Made by a program: the position numbers and the translations under genes. A stretch of DNA of 64,000 nucleotides from Leptospiraceae bacterium (GTDB lineage Bacteria > Spirochaetota > Leptospiria > Leptospirales > Leptonemataceae). The notes under the pieces are model-generated. The model saw only the letters and a program-made list of their open reading frames with translations. It searched no databases and was not told the DNA's origin. Shown piece by piece: positions 50,420 to 60,289 of this stretch (its first letter is position 1; each line of letters starts with the position of its first letter). The stretch is taken from the NCBI GenBank assembly GCA_040217195.1, contig JAVJNR010000003.1, positions 224,001-288,000 on the forward strand, written 5' to 3'.

Positions 50420-50745
50420 CAAATCTTCACGTCTAGCGTGAAGATTTGCTGTGAACAACAGAAAGACGAAGTCTTTCGACTGTTTCCTTCGATGCGTCTT
50501 GCCGCATCGAATTGCTATGAACAAGAAGCGCCGAGAGGCGCTTTTCTTGTTTTCGTGAGCCGGAGGCTCAACGAATTGCTATGAACAAACGGGAGACGGA
50601 GTCTCCCTTCTGCTTTTCTCAGCCGAAGACTGAAAGATTTGCTTTGAACGTAGAGTCGCACCAGCGACTCTACAGCTTCCTTCAGCCGAAGGCTGAAAGA
50701 TTTGCTTTGAATAAGAAAGCCGCGAGAGCGGCTTTTTCTGTTTCT
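50418..50745. repeat. tRNA-linked array: 5 conserved linkers TTGCTDTGAAY alternating with 10 variable hairpins
   Basis: Linkers at 50446, 50512, 50576, 50639 and 50702 (spacing 66/64/63/63); each flanked by stem-loops. Confidence 0.85.
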
Positions 50746-50781
50746 GCACCTAACGGGGTTCCCTAACGGGGACTCATCCCT

Positions 50782-51726
50782 TCATTGGTAGAGCGCCCGA
50801 ATCCTTTCGGCTGCTTGATGCATCCGGTGTCGCAGATTGAGCGGCTCTATTACTTCGATGGCCGTTCCAAAAGGCATTAGAATGGCAACGGCACGGTCCG
50901 CTTCCAACAGGTCCGCATCTACCTCGACCCATTCCTTGTTTCGCCCCAACTCTGTGATCTCCACATAAGGTAAGCTCATCAGCCAATCCAGATAGTCACC
51001 GCGAACTTTGAGCCTTGCCCTAAAATTGGGAAACCCATGGATGAGATCTCGTGTGCTTTCGGCCCAGTATCGCTCCAGATCAAATTCCACAGGTATCTGC
51101 CCGGTTTCGGGTAGTATTCGCGTATTAGTCATCCGGGACAGGCGATAGATTCTATTGGAGCGATTGTATCGCGCCACCAGATACCAGGTTTTGCCCTTTA
51201 GCACCAGGCCCAGTGGCATCACCGTCCGTTTGCGGCTTCTCTCTTTTGCGAAGTACGTAAATGAAAGCTTCTTATCAGCCACCAGGGCTTCCTGGACCGG
51301 CTCGAGCGCCTCCGGACGAGTGGTGGTCTCTCCCCAGCCCGCAGTATCGATATGGATCTTGCGATGTGCGGATCGGACCTGATCCTGAACCGCAACAGGC
51401 ATGGAGGCAAGGAGCTTCAGAATGGCGGAGTCGAAATCCTGCTGGCGCCCCAGTTCCCGGGCTATGAAACCGCTATGGCTCAATAGTAGAGATAGGGCTT
51501 CCTTCTGCTTCATGCCAGTCAGATTTGTCCGATAACCTTCGCTCAGTTCCCACCCTCCAGTGCTACCCCGTTCCGCATACACCGGCACACCGGCCGCGGA
51601 CAATGCTTCCATGTCGCGGTGAATGGTCCGTTCGCTGACCTCCAGCTTCTCAGCAAGCACCCTGCCCGAGGTGCGGCCGTGGGATTGTAAATGCATCAAA
51701 ATGGCGATTAGTCGGTCAGCTCTCAT
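50782..51726 (-). CDS. YafY-family HTH-WYL transcriptional regulator
   Basis: MRADRLIAIL, LEVSERTIHRDM, GVPVYAERG, PLGLVLKGKTWYLVA, YRLSR. Confidence 0.95.
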   Translation of the reverse strand: MRADRLIAILMHLQSHGRTSGRVLAEKLEVSERTIHRDMEALSAAGVPVYAERGSTGGWELSEGYRTNLTGMKQKEALSLLLSHSGFIARELGRQQDFDSAILKLLASMPVAVQDQVRSAHRKIHIDTAGWGETTTRPEALEPVQEALVADKKLSFTYFAKERSRKRTVMPLGLVLKGKTWYLVARYNRSNRIYRLSRMTNTRILPETGQIPVEFDLERYWAESTRDLIHGFPNFRARLKVRGDYLDWLMSLPYVEITELGRNKEWVEVDADLLEADRAVAILMPFGTAIEVIEPLNLRHRMHQAAERIRALYQ

Positions 51727-51743
51727 GATTCCTCGGGGGAGAT

Positions 51744-51838
51744 AATATGACAGAATATGACATATTCGGCATCAAGGAATCAAAAAAAGCTCGGGAGGTG
51801 AAAAACTGCAGCAATATATGACACTAGCTGACATATAT
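51744..51838. promoter_or_regulatory. two related operator-like sites between the WYL and hydrolase genes
   Basis: AATATGACAGAATATGACATATT (51744-51766) and ATATATGACACTAGCTGACATATAT (51814-51838). Confidence 0.7.
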
Positions 51839-51857
51839 ATACTATAAACTGGGCGTT

Positions 51858-52772
51858 ATGAAACAGCAAAGAAGTACAAAGTCTCCGGAAACACCACCGG
51901 CTGCCGAACCTCATTCGGGAGGCGGATATAAAGAGCGGAACATCGATCTGAACGGTGTGCGAATCCACGTAGTTGAGGCCGGACGCGGCCCGCTGGTGGT
52001 CTTGTTGCACGGGTTTCCCGAGTTCTGGTATGCCTGGCACAGACAGATTCCGGTTCTTGCGGCGGCAGGCTATCGAGTAGTAGTCCCGGATTTGCGGGGC
52101 TATAATCTTTCGGATAAACCTCGGGGCGTCCGAGCCTACGGTATTGATCGACTGATAGAAGACGTGAAGGGGATCATCGCAGCCTGTGGCGCGGAGCGAG
52201 CGACCGTGATTGGTCACGACTGGGGGGCCATGATCGCATGGTTATTTGCCATGGTGCACCCGGAGAAAGTGGATCGCGTTGCAGTTCTGAACGGCATGCA
52301 TCCGGTGGCCTTTCGCAATGCCATGGGCTCGCCTTCGCACCTCCGTCAGACCTACTACGGCCTGGTATTTCAGATCCCGTTATTGCCAGAGATCCTGCTG
52401 CGTGCCCGTAATTTCAGTTGGCTGCGCCGCATTTATAGCGGGCACAATACTCCCGGTGGCTTGCCGCCGCAGGAGGACCAGCAAGCCTGGTTGCAGGCCA
52501 TGAGCCAACCGGGGGCCCTGACCGCCATGGTGAACTACTATCGCGGTGCAGGCCTAATGATGAAATTTCTCAAGTCCGCGGTGCAACCGGTGAAGGCTCC
52601 CAGCATGCTAATCTGGGGGGAGCGAGATGGAATCGGGATCGAGACGGCTCTGCCCACGAATCATTGGGCCCCGGACCTGGATGTGGTACGAATCGCGGAG
52701 GCTGGACACTGGCCACACAGCGATCAGCCGGAAACGGTAAACGAGGCATTGTTGAGGTTCCTTAGGCGATAG
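51858..52772 (+). CDS. alpha/beta hydrolase (epoxide hydrolase-like)
   Basis: LHGFPEFWYAW, DLRGYNLS, GHDWGA, WGERD, AGHW. Confidence 0.93.
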   Translation: MKQQRSTKSPETPPAAEPHSGGGYKERNIDLNGVRIHVVEAGRGPLVVLLHGFPEFWYAWHRQIPVLAAAGYRVVVPDLRGYNLSDKPRGVRAYGIDRLIEDVKGIIAACGAERATVIGHDWGAMIAWLFAMVHPEKVDRVAVLNGMHPVAFRNAMGSPSHLRQTYYGLVFQIPLLPEILLRARNFSWLRRIYSGHNTPGGLPPQEDQQAWLQAMSQPGALTAMVNYYRGAGLMMKFLKSAVQPVKAPSMLIWGERDGIGIETALPTNHWAPDLDVVRIAEAGHWPHSDQPETVNEALLRFLRR

Positions 52773-53209
52773 AGGGCTTTCGCCGCAGCGGAATTCCCCG
52801 GTCCAGTCGGGACTCCGGGGCTGACGTCGAGAATCAATTGAGCCGTGAGAGATCTCCATTTCGGGGAAAGCCAGGAATCCCACCACTTCATAAGGTCCTG
52901 GCTCCTACAGACCCGTTCCTTTCGCCCCTGATGGCGCGGGCCTGTATTTATCTCTTCAAGGCTCCTAGATTCACAGGTTCTGGTGAAAGCCGATTCCGCG
53001 CGATAAGAATTATTCAGGACCGAAAGGTCTGAAATAAAAAAGGGGCTGCGCCTTCTAGATCGTCAGGATATCAAGGCTTTGCATCAAAAAGTAGGCAGGA
53101 ACACAATAAACTTCCAGGGCTCTTCGTGTAATTCGAATTCTGACCGCAGCTCCGGTGAATCCTATACCGGTCCCCGAGCCGGCGAGGCCCAACGTTCAAA
53201 CTCGCAACC

Positions 53210-53713
53210 ATGACAACCAGGCGCAGCTACAATTTCCAGGGTCACCTTGTTGGGTTGCTCTTAATTCTCAGTATAGGCGGATGTTTTTCGGGCTCTATGA
53301 TGCTGATCTTCTCAGAGATGCCTCTGGCAGGTTCAATTGTTCTGGGACTGAGCCTGCCTGCGCTCATCGCGGGCGGGTATATGGGCAACAAGCTGGGCCA
53401 GGCCTGGCGACGGAAACGACTGACAGAAATCCTGGCCGATCCCGAGGCTTCTATGATCGCCCGCTTCCACGATACTGACACCGGAGAAGAAATAATACTG
53501 ACGAATGATGAATACTTCAGAGGAGAAGCGGAGCACCAGGAGTTTCCTAACGACCCGTATAAGCTCATGTCCGTTCAACTTCGCAACGGAACAATGCATT
53601 TAAGGATCAGATACTCTGGAGGCAACACTTATATGCTCACAAAGGAAATCCATTACCCACCCGAAGTAAAAGACTTGTTGAGGAAATGGATCCTGGAACG
53701 GAACTTCAGCTGA
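53210..53713 (+). CDS. hypothetical membrane protein
   Basis: Two N-terminal TM helices. Confidence 0.65.
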   Translation: MTTRRSYNFQGHLVGLLLILSIGGCFSGSMMLIFSEMPLAGSIVLGLSLPALIAGGYMGNKLGQAWRRKRLTEILADPEASMIARFHDTDTGEEIILTNDEYFRGEAEHQEFPNDPYKLMSVQLRNGTMHLRIRYSGGNTYMLTKEIHYPPEVKDLLRKWILERNFS

Positions 53714-53868
53714 GTCAAGCGAATCCGACGAAAGTCATTTCCATAGGGAGCGATGCTCGCATTCCAATATTTCTACTTCATAGAAATCATCGTAAGAAAT
53801 CAAAACATTCGAGAGACTGAATCCTTCCTCAGAGTCCCTCGAAGCCCTGTCAGATGCATCCTTCCTGA

Positions 53869-55143
53869 CTAAGCTCTCATCCCCACATATACGTAGTAGA
53901 AACTAAACAGCACGAGGAATACCAGGCCCACGATGCCCAGACCCCGGGCGATGGGTCCCTGACGGTGCTCGTCCGGAATATCGGCTCTGCTCATAACGCG
54001 GACATTAAGATAGGCAAGGATGGCGGCAGTCAAAAATGCAATGGACGTTGCAAAGTCCACAAGTGCGCGCATATTCTCAAGAAAAAAGACGAGAATAACT
54101 AGACTGCCCGCAATAAGTGCCACCAGCAGAATCCAGTAATGCCTGGAACGACTGTCATCCTGGTCTGTTGAAAGCTCCGGATCTGTTTCATAACGTAGAA
54201 CCATCAAAGCATGACGTAAGCTTCTCGCATACGCATCCAGAACGGTCAAAGTTGTACTGAACATCGTCGTAAACGCAGCGATGGCAATTATGAAAAAGAA
54301 TGCCGGGCCCAGGTTCCTGGTATACATTTCAATCAATTGACCGGCAAACGTTGCGGCCCGAGGTGAAAGGGCTTCACCGGATCCGTAAAGAACCAGGGCC
54401 CCGAGAGACACAAAGCATACTGCAAGAAAAGTAGTGCCCCAGTAACCGACATGGAAATCCCGGATGGCATCGCGCATGGAAGGCAAGTGTCCGTCCTGCC
54501 GCTTTCGTGCAATAGTCCACAGGGAATGCCAGATGGAAATATCAATGGGAGCCGGCATCCAGCCCACGAGAGCAATCAGAAATGCTATGCTGGCCGCATC
54601 GCTCCAATCGAAATGCTTAAATGACCCGACGTTAAATGAGACCGGAGAACTAAGAGCCGCAACCACGGCTACGATAGTCGATACCGTAAGTGTCAGGATA
54701 ATCAATCGCATGGACTTATCCAGGAGCCGGTATCGACCCATGGCCAGGACACCCCCACAGATAGCCAGAAGACCAGAGCTGATAACCCAGAGGGGAATCT
54801 CAATCTTGAAGATGTGTGCGGCAAGCCCGGCGGTCACCACCGTCACCGCGGCCTGGACTATGAACATGCTCCCCACGGTAATCAAGAGATAAAGAACCAC
54901 CGCAGAGCGACCCAGTTCGCGATAGCCTTCAAGCAAACTTTTTCCCGTGGCCACTGTATAACGGGGGCCGATTTCAAAGAATGGATATTTGATAACGTTT
55001 GCGACAAGTATGACCCATATCAACTGAAAACCGTACTCCGCACCTGCACGAGTGGACTGCACTAAATGAGAAACACCAATGGCTGCGCCGGCATACAGTA
55101 AACCGGGGCCCAGACTTCGAAAGAACGTGATCATAGGAACCAT
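53869..55143 (-). CDS. NRAMP-like divalent metal transporter
   Basis: LGPGLLYAGAAIGVSHLVQSTRAGA, KYPFFE, GWMPAP, FTTMFSTT. Confidence 0.88.
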   Translation of the reverse strand: MVPMITFFRSLGPGLLYAGAAIGVSHLVQSTRAGAEYGFQLIWVILVANVIKYPFFEIGPRYTVATGKSLLEGYRELGRSAVVLYLLITVGSMFIVQAAVTVVTAGLAAHIFKIEIPLWVISSGLLAICGGVLAMGRYRLLDKSMRLIILTLTVSTIVAVVAALSSPVSFNVGSFKHFDWSDAASIAFLIALVGWMPAPIDISIWHSLWTIARKRQDGHLPSMRDAIRDFHVGYWGTTFLAVCFVSLGALVLYGSGEALSPRAATFAGQLIEMYTRNLGPAFFFIIAIAAFTTMFSTTLTVLDAYARSLRHALMVLRYETDPELSTDQDDSRSRHYWILLVALIAGSLVILVFFLENMRALVDFATSIAFLTAAILAYLNVRVMSRADIPDEHRQGPIARGLGIVGLVFLVLFSFYYVYVGMRA

Positions 55144-55678
55144 TGGCCGCCCATCTGCCCTGTGGGAAAACTTCTTTTGCGGCTAGTTTTTTTGTACCTG
55201 GATGGATTTCCTAATGCACAGCCTTAATCGAAAGAAGCGACCCGTCCGAACTGTAATCAGCGGAAGAATTCGGGGTCTATTTCCAGAGAAAGAGCATTGT
55301 CCTGTCGGCAGCGAATTCACCGCTTTCCGGCATCAATTTCCCCCGCGACATCAGAACAAATATGTTTTTAGTCCTCGCCAGAACCGTTTCCCTCGCGAGT
55401 AAAAAGCAGTAGCGAAGAATCCGTAGACATTACTTCATAAATGTACTTTACTTTAGGTTGGCCTGACCAGATTGTTGGGGTCGATCTAAATCAGTCTTGC
55501 GATTGCGCTTCGGGGTACTTTATGAAATCAAACTCACTGGGCTTCATTTTTTTATTTATCTCAAGATCAGAGTTTTGCCGAACTCAATATCGAGGGGAGA
55601 TTGACTAATGAACGATACCGTAAGCTTTCAAACAATCCTGGAAAACGAAATACCCCGGAAAGGGCTAAGGAAACACTC

Positions 55679-55840
55679 ATGATCAGTCTATTTCTTCAAG
55701 CACCAGGGCCCATCGAATTGATAATCATTCTGGCGATTCTATTGATGGTCGTGGGAATACCGGTAGGTCTGATTACTCTAGTCATTGTCCTGATTCGACA
55801 GAGCAAGCAAGAGCGAAAGCGAAGTACCCGCGATCAATGA
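55679..55840 (+). CDS. small membrane protein
   Basis: AAGGA RBS; PGPIELIIILAILL, hydrophobic stretch then basic tail. Confidence 0.6.
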   Translation: MISLFLQAPGPIELIIILAILLMVVGIPVGLITLVIVLIRQSKQERKRSTRDQ

Positions 55841-55946
55841 GTGTGAAGCTCATTGCCGAAAATCCCGCCGATCCTTGCGCGCCTGATGTCAAAGCGAAGT
55901 TTCCGAAGAATCAAATACGAACTGAATTCCAGTATTCGTAATTCAG

Positions 55947-56597
55947 TTAGATCACATTATCCTTAATCAGGTCCCGGGCGACATATGAAAAAAGAGTCGC
56001 GTATATGGAGTCATTGGTGTCCTGGTTTGAAGAGAAAAGCCAGATTGGAAGAAAGAGATTCCAGTTCAGGGAGTGGAAAGAGAAGGTATATTCATACTGT
56101 TTTCGGAGCTCTCCATCCTCATAGTAGTTAACCACAAATCGATGGTCCGGATTAGTATACGTCGGTATCCAGTTCAACGTGAGCCCCGCAATCACAGCAT
56201 TGGTCATTGTCCAGGCACCCGATATCTCCTCCTGGAGTATCTCTAAATGATTTCCGGATTCCGCCCGATTAATTCCGACGAATTCAACCTTTTTGAAGAC
56301 ACCCCTGGATACAAGTGCATCCATTCCAGGCTGCATATACCTCTGGAGCTGAGGAGCATACCGCTGCTCTATGGCCTTGTCCCTTTCCATCGCGGAATAG
56401 TCCACATTGCTGTACCTGAAGGAAACGGTTACCTCCTCCACGTTGCGCGCAGCCCTGAATTGCGAATCGTCCAGTCTAGCATCGTCGCCACTCATCCAGC
56501 TTATGCAACCCGGCATAGTGAGCAGGGCAAGCGCCAGGATCCCCTTTCTTAGCCATTCCATAGGTACGAGAATTCGATTCGAGGATTGCAGATTCAT
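55947..56597 (-). CDS. hypothetical lipoprotein
   Basis: LLTMPGC lipobox; GLTLNWIPT motif. Confidence 0.75.
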   Translation of the reverse strand: MNLQSSNRILVPMEWLRKGILALALLTMPGCISWMSGDDARLDDSQFRAARNVEEVTVSFRYSNVDYSAMERDKAIEQRYAPQLQRYMQPGMDALVSRGVFKKVEFVGINRAESGNHLEILQEEISGAWTMTNAVIAGLTLNWIPTYTNPDHRFVVNYYEDGELRKQYEYTFSFHSLNWNLFLPIWLFSSNQDTNDSIYATLFSYVARDLIKDNVI

Positions 56598-56825
56598 TTT
56601 AGACTACTCCGGATTACGAATTGCGGTGGAGGTATCGAGCGCGGTCAAGGCGAATCTCGCCCTGAAGGGAAGAATTATTCGCCGACCCCACGAGACCTGA
56701 GGACACAGATATTCAGCCGCAACGTGGAATGGGCCTGACAATGGTATTGCCAGAATTATTGGCTTGTGGCAGATTTGGACTTTCAATGAAGAATCTGAAA
56801 TTAGCATTCCTGAGATTCCTGGTTT

Positions 56826-57392
56826 TTGCCGGGCTGCAAGCTATTGTTTTCCTCTCTGAATTGCGCCACGGAGGCCATGGTGTGGAGCGAGCAGGCTAGA
56901 GTTACGATTCGACCGGATGAGGTGGGGCGACCCTTCATGACTGGCACAGAATCATTTTGCATTTCAATCCGCGGTCGCCTCTACTGTGACAGAGTGCGAC
57001 AAAACAGCTACTGGTCCTTTCATTACTATGATAAAGTGCACAATTCAGAATTTCCGGACCAGGAAGCACCGCTTCGCGAACTTCAGGACAATTCGCATTA
57101 CCTGGCCCACGAAGCTTCCTATCCAGGCTCTGCCGTCTACTGTCATGAAAATCGAATACTGATCCTGACGCCCCATAGCACTATAGATTGCGATGATACC
57201 TCGAGTCCCGTGCCACTGCTACCCGAAGTATATTTGCAAGGGTACACTCTTTTCATAAAAATCAAGGATAGACCCGGTTTCGTGAAAATGGTATCTACCA
57301 ATGGATTAAAAAAGCCGCTGATTATACTCCATGCACCGCCGACCGATGCAGTTCAGCTGGAACGAATCAAAACAATGGGCTATAAAACATGA
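56826..57392 (+). CDS. hypothetical protein; start uncertain
   Basis: ORF with ATGA overlap to the next gene. Confidence 0.45.
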   Translation: MPGCKLLFSSLNCATEAMVWSEQARVTIRPDEVGRPFMTGTESFCISIRGRLYCDRVRQNSYWSFHYYDKVHNSEFPDQEAPLRELQDNSHYLAHEASYPGSAVYCHENRILILTPHSTIDCDDTSSPVPLLPEVYLQGYTLFIKIKDRPGFVKMVSTNGLKKPLIILHAPPTDAVQLERIKTMGYKT

Positions 57393-58009
57393 AACGGTAC
57401 CTCTTCCTGATTTCGGGAATCCTTCTTCTATTACCGGCTTGCTTCTTTGTCAATGAATGGCGAAGCCGGGCCCAGCCGCGAATTAGCAAGGATGAAAGCC
57501 TGGCCATTGGTCCCGAGGCCATTTTGTTCATCGGCCATGAATCGGATCGTTTGGTTATCTCGGCTCGATTTCGCGTATTGGACCATCCCTACGACCGACC
57601 CGAGTACTCGATTTTCTGCCTGCCATCCATGGGAGACAGAGAAACCCTGGAGATTTCTGCGAATCAGTATCCATGCGAAATCCGACCGAAAGAATTTCTA
57701 AAAGCTTGCTCAAACGAGAACTCATCTCCGTCCACGGAGAGTATCGGAACCGTCCTGGTGCATGCACGGGATCCGGATGGCCAGGTGCTTCACCGCTTTT
57801 GTTACAGAGATCCGGAGAATCCGGGACTGAGAACCATCGATGTTCGCGCAGCGCCATTAATTCGATCCTACAATGAAGGAAGTCTGCTGTACCCGGTAGG
57901 CATTCCCATCGCTTATCTCCTGGATGCAGTAACATTTCCGGCGCAAGCTGCCTGCATTGGTATTTACATTTTCTCACATAGAAGTCCGGGTCCGGACCAC
58001 TTTGAGTAG
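57389..58009 (+). CDS. hypothetical lipoprotein
   Basis: MKRYLFLISGILLLLPAC; LDAVTFPAQ. Confidence 0.7.
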   Translation: MKRYLFLISGILLLLPACFFVNEWRSRAQPRISKDESLAIGPEAILFIGHESDRLVISARFRVLDHPYDRPEYSIFCLPSMGDRETLEISANQYPCEIRPKEFLKACSNENSSPSTESIGTVLVHARDPDGQVLHRFCYRDPENPGLRTIDVRAAPLIRSYNEGSLLYPVGIPIAYLLDAVTFPAQAACIGIYIFSHRSPGPDHFE

Positions 58010-58208
58010 AGGGCCTTCGGTTCGCAGGCCCGGAATTCACCTAACCGGCCCATGACCGAAGGTCGCTCTGCTGCAATCGATGACAAAACGGCTGGCCAGG
58101 AGCAGTTCATAGAGAACAACACATTTGTTTGCCTGCGACAGAGATAATCCCCGAGCAGCTTCTGGCATCATCCTGGTGAGCCCGGCCCTGCCCTCTATAC
58201 GATTGTTC

Positions 58209-58581
58209 GTGAGCCAGGAATTGAACTCAGAGCAAAAGGCTGATCTAGAGTGTTTGAGCAAGGAACTCTTTGGGATGGATCTGGCGAAACGAGTGGCGCG
58301 GCATCTGAAGAAAAACGGAGCCATCGCATACAACCGCAGGGACTATTGCGGGACCGACCTCTTGTTCCAGGGGGGCCAGTATATGCATACCTCGTGGACG
58401 ATGGGCATCCAGTGGTGTACCGGGCTCAGGAAAAAGGATGGGCCTTCCATGATGTTCACAAATTCATTGCCTGGCTGGCTCGGACTACTCCTTGAGTATG
58501 TATGATAGTCCCGGAGTGTTCAACAATCAGTCCATTACGCGCAAACGACCGGAGAATGCACTGGCTAAAGAAACGATGTAG
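58209..58581 (+). pseudogene. doubly frameshifted hypothetical gene
   Basis: ...AYNRRDYCGTDLLFQGGQY / AYLVDDGHP...FIAWLAR / DYSLSMYDSPGVFNNQSITRKR read in three successive frames. Confidence 0.55.
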
Positions 58582-58688
58582 ACGATGGCGTATTGGATGC
58601 ATTCGCTGTTTCTGAAAGGGAACCCGGTCGATTTCGCTTTTATTGTTAACAAGGCGCTCCAGATCGGTACAGGCAGGACTAACGCACG

Positions 58689-58943
58689 ATGGCAAAACTC
58701 AAACTGGACCTTCATGAAATCTACAATCAGGGCCGCAAAATCGACGATGCGCTGGAAAGCATCATCCATGAGGCTGTAGAGAAGAAAATCAAAGAAGTGG
58801 AAATCATTCCCGGAAAGGGCAGCGGTCAGTTAAAGAAGAAGGTTCTGCGCTTCCTGGATCGCAAGGACATAAAGGCGCTGTATCATCGGGTAGACAAGGA
58901 CTCAAAGAATTTCGGCAGGCTGTTCGTTTACTTCAAGTTTTGA
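58689..58943 (+). CDS. stand-alone Smr/MutS2-domain protein
   Basis: LDLH, EIIPGKGSGQLKKKVLRFL, NFGRLFV. Confidence 0.9.
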   Translation: MAKLKLDLHEIYNQGRKIDDALESIIHEAVEKKIKEVEIIPGKGSGQLKKKVLRFLDRKDIKALYHRVDKDSKNFGRLFVYFKF

Positions 58944-59129
58944 GTGGAAGGTATAGTCGCCTCCCTACTTCCGAACAGGGCCGTGTTCCTATTGCCTTGT
59001 TTTTCGGACTCAGGCCTCCACCTTCCACCTTTCGGAACGTTCTTTCCAGCAAGCATGAGCCAGGTCTCTCTTGCGACAATGTAAAGGGGTGTCAGGCCCC
59101 GGCAGACGGCTGATTCCGCCGCTACAGAA

Positions 59130-59498
59130 TTAACCAGTGGTGGCCGAATCGGGATCCGTGACGGCCACCGCCGCAACGATCCCGCCGCCCATCAGGAAGT
59201 GAAATAACGCAGGGATTCCCTCCACCGAATATACAATGGGAATCGCAATCAGAACCAAACCCACAATAAAATCCAGGGCCAGATGTATGCGAAATGGGAT
59301 CAGAGCCACAAGGCCGCGGCTGTATCCAGTGAGCAGGCTGTAGATCAGATTGGCCGTCCCTATGCCCACCGGTACGAATATGATGGCCGAAGGGCGATCG
59401 GGAAATTCGAGCAAAAAGGGGCATAAAATCAAGGTAATATCCACAAGGTAATCCAGGATTCCATGTAGCGGCGCTTTGATAAATCTAATGCCTTTCAT
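59130..59498 (-). CDS. SPW-repeat-like membrane protein
   Basis: HGILDY, YSLLTGY, IPFRIHLALD; AGGAG RBS. Confidence 0.8.
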   Translation of the reverse strand: MKGIRFIKAPLHGILDYLVDITLILCPFLLEFPDRPSAIIFVPVGIGTANLIYSLLTGYSRGLVALIPFRIHLALDFIVGLVLIAIPIVYSVEGIPALFHFLMGGGIVAAVAVTDPDSATTG

Positions 59499-59852
59499 TT
59501 CCGTACTTCTCCTTTCGCAGTGTATCGTATTGTAGCGTATCAGAAACCGAACCGTCACCGGGCTACATTTGAGCTTGCTCCCGAAAAATGGCCTTGGTCA
59601 GGCAGGTCTCCTACCGTGATTCGAATTCATCCGAACTGAGATGGTCTCGAGAAGAATGCAACCTGTTACGATTATAAAATCCATCTGACGTTACCTTCGA
59701 TTGTTTCGCGTGTCCACAATTTTTTGGGAAGCATCAATAGAAGAAGAGCAGTCAGCGTTTATCATCCATCCCTTTCTATTTGCGAATCTTCGATGGAAGG
59801 CTCCGCTTTTGAAGCCCGGGAAGGATGCACGGCTGTTGAATCGATTTTTTCT

Positions 59853-60260
59853 CTATCTACGGTGAAACTCATCGTTGGGCACCAGTCCTTCCTCATCTGC
59901 GGACAATTCCGGAAGGATTCGCTTCAAGAAGAACATCTCCAATTTGCCTTTTCCTTTCGCTTCTATTTCGCCGCGGCTCTCTGTTTCGAAGAATGCCTCG
60001 GCCACCAGCTCCCGGGTGGCAGACGCAATGCTTACTTCCTCCACCTGGCCGGAGGATTCCATCCGACTGGCTGTGTTCACAGTATCTCCCCAGATATCGT
60101 AGGCAGATTTATCATTTCCTGTAACTCCGGCGGTAACCGGACCGGAATGCAATCCAATTCGAATCTGCCAGTATTTAAGACCTAGGGATTGCTTTACCTC
60201 ACCAATTTGGTTCATAAAGGCCCGAAATTCCAGAGCGGTAAGACAGGCATACCAGCGGCC
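59853..60260 (-). pseudogene. 3' remnant of an adenylate/guanylate cyclase
   Basis: RIGLHSGPVTAGV, YDIWGDTVNTASRMES and KGKG present; the first metal-binding Asp and KTIGD half are missing. Confidence 0.85.
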
Positions 60261-60289
60261 GCTTCGGGGCTTCAAGTCTGCGTAAAGAG

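Noticed and set aside
50418..50745. CRISPR array interpretation of the tRNA-linked repeats
   Set aside because: The conserved part is only about 11 nt, the variable parts are self-complementary hairpins, and there are no cas genes in the window.
50055..50986. ORFs 50055-50384, 50581-50766 and 50774-50986
   Set aside because: They overlap the tRNA, the hairpin array or the WYL gene; the apparent peptide repeats simply reflect the array.
55144..55600. Metal riboswitch upstream of the NRAMP-like gene; long-range inverted repeat TTCATAAATGTAC (55434-55446) / GTACTTTATGAA (55515-55526)
   Set aside because: No recognisable yybP-ykoY, M-box or NiCo consensus by eye; a single AT-rich 12-bp stem is insufficient evidence.
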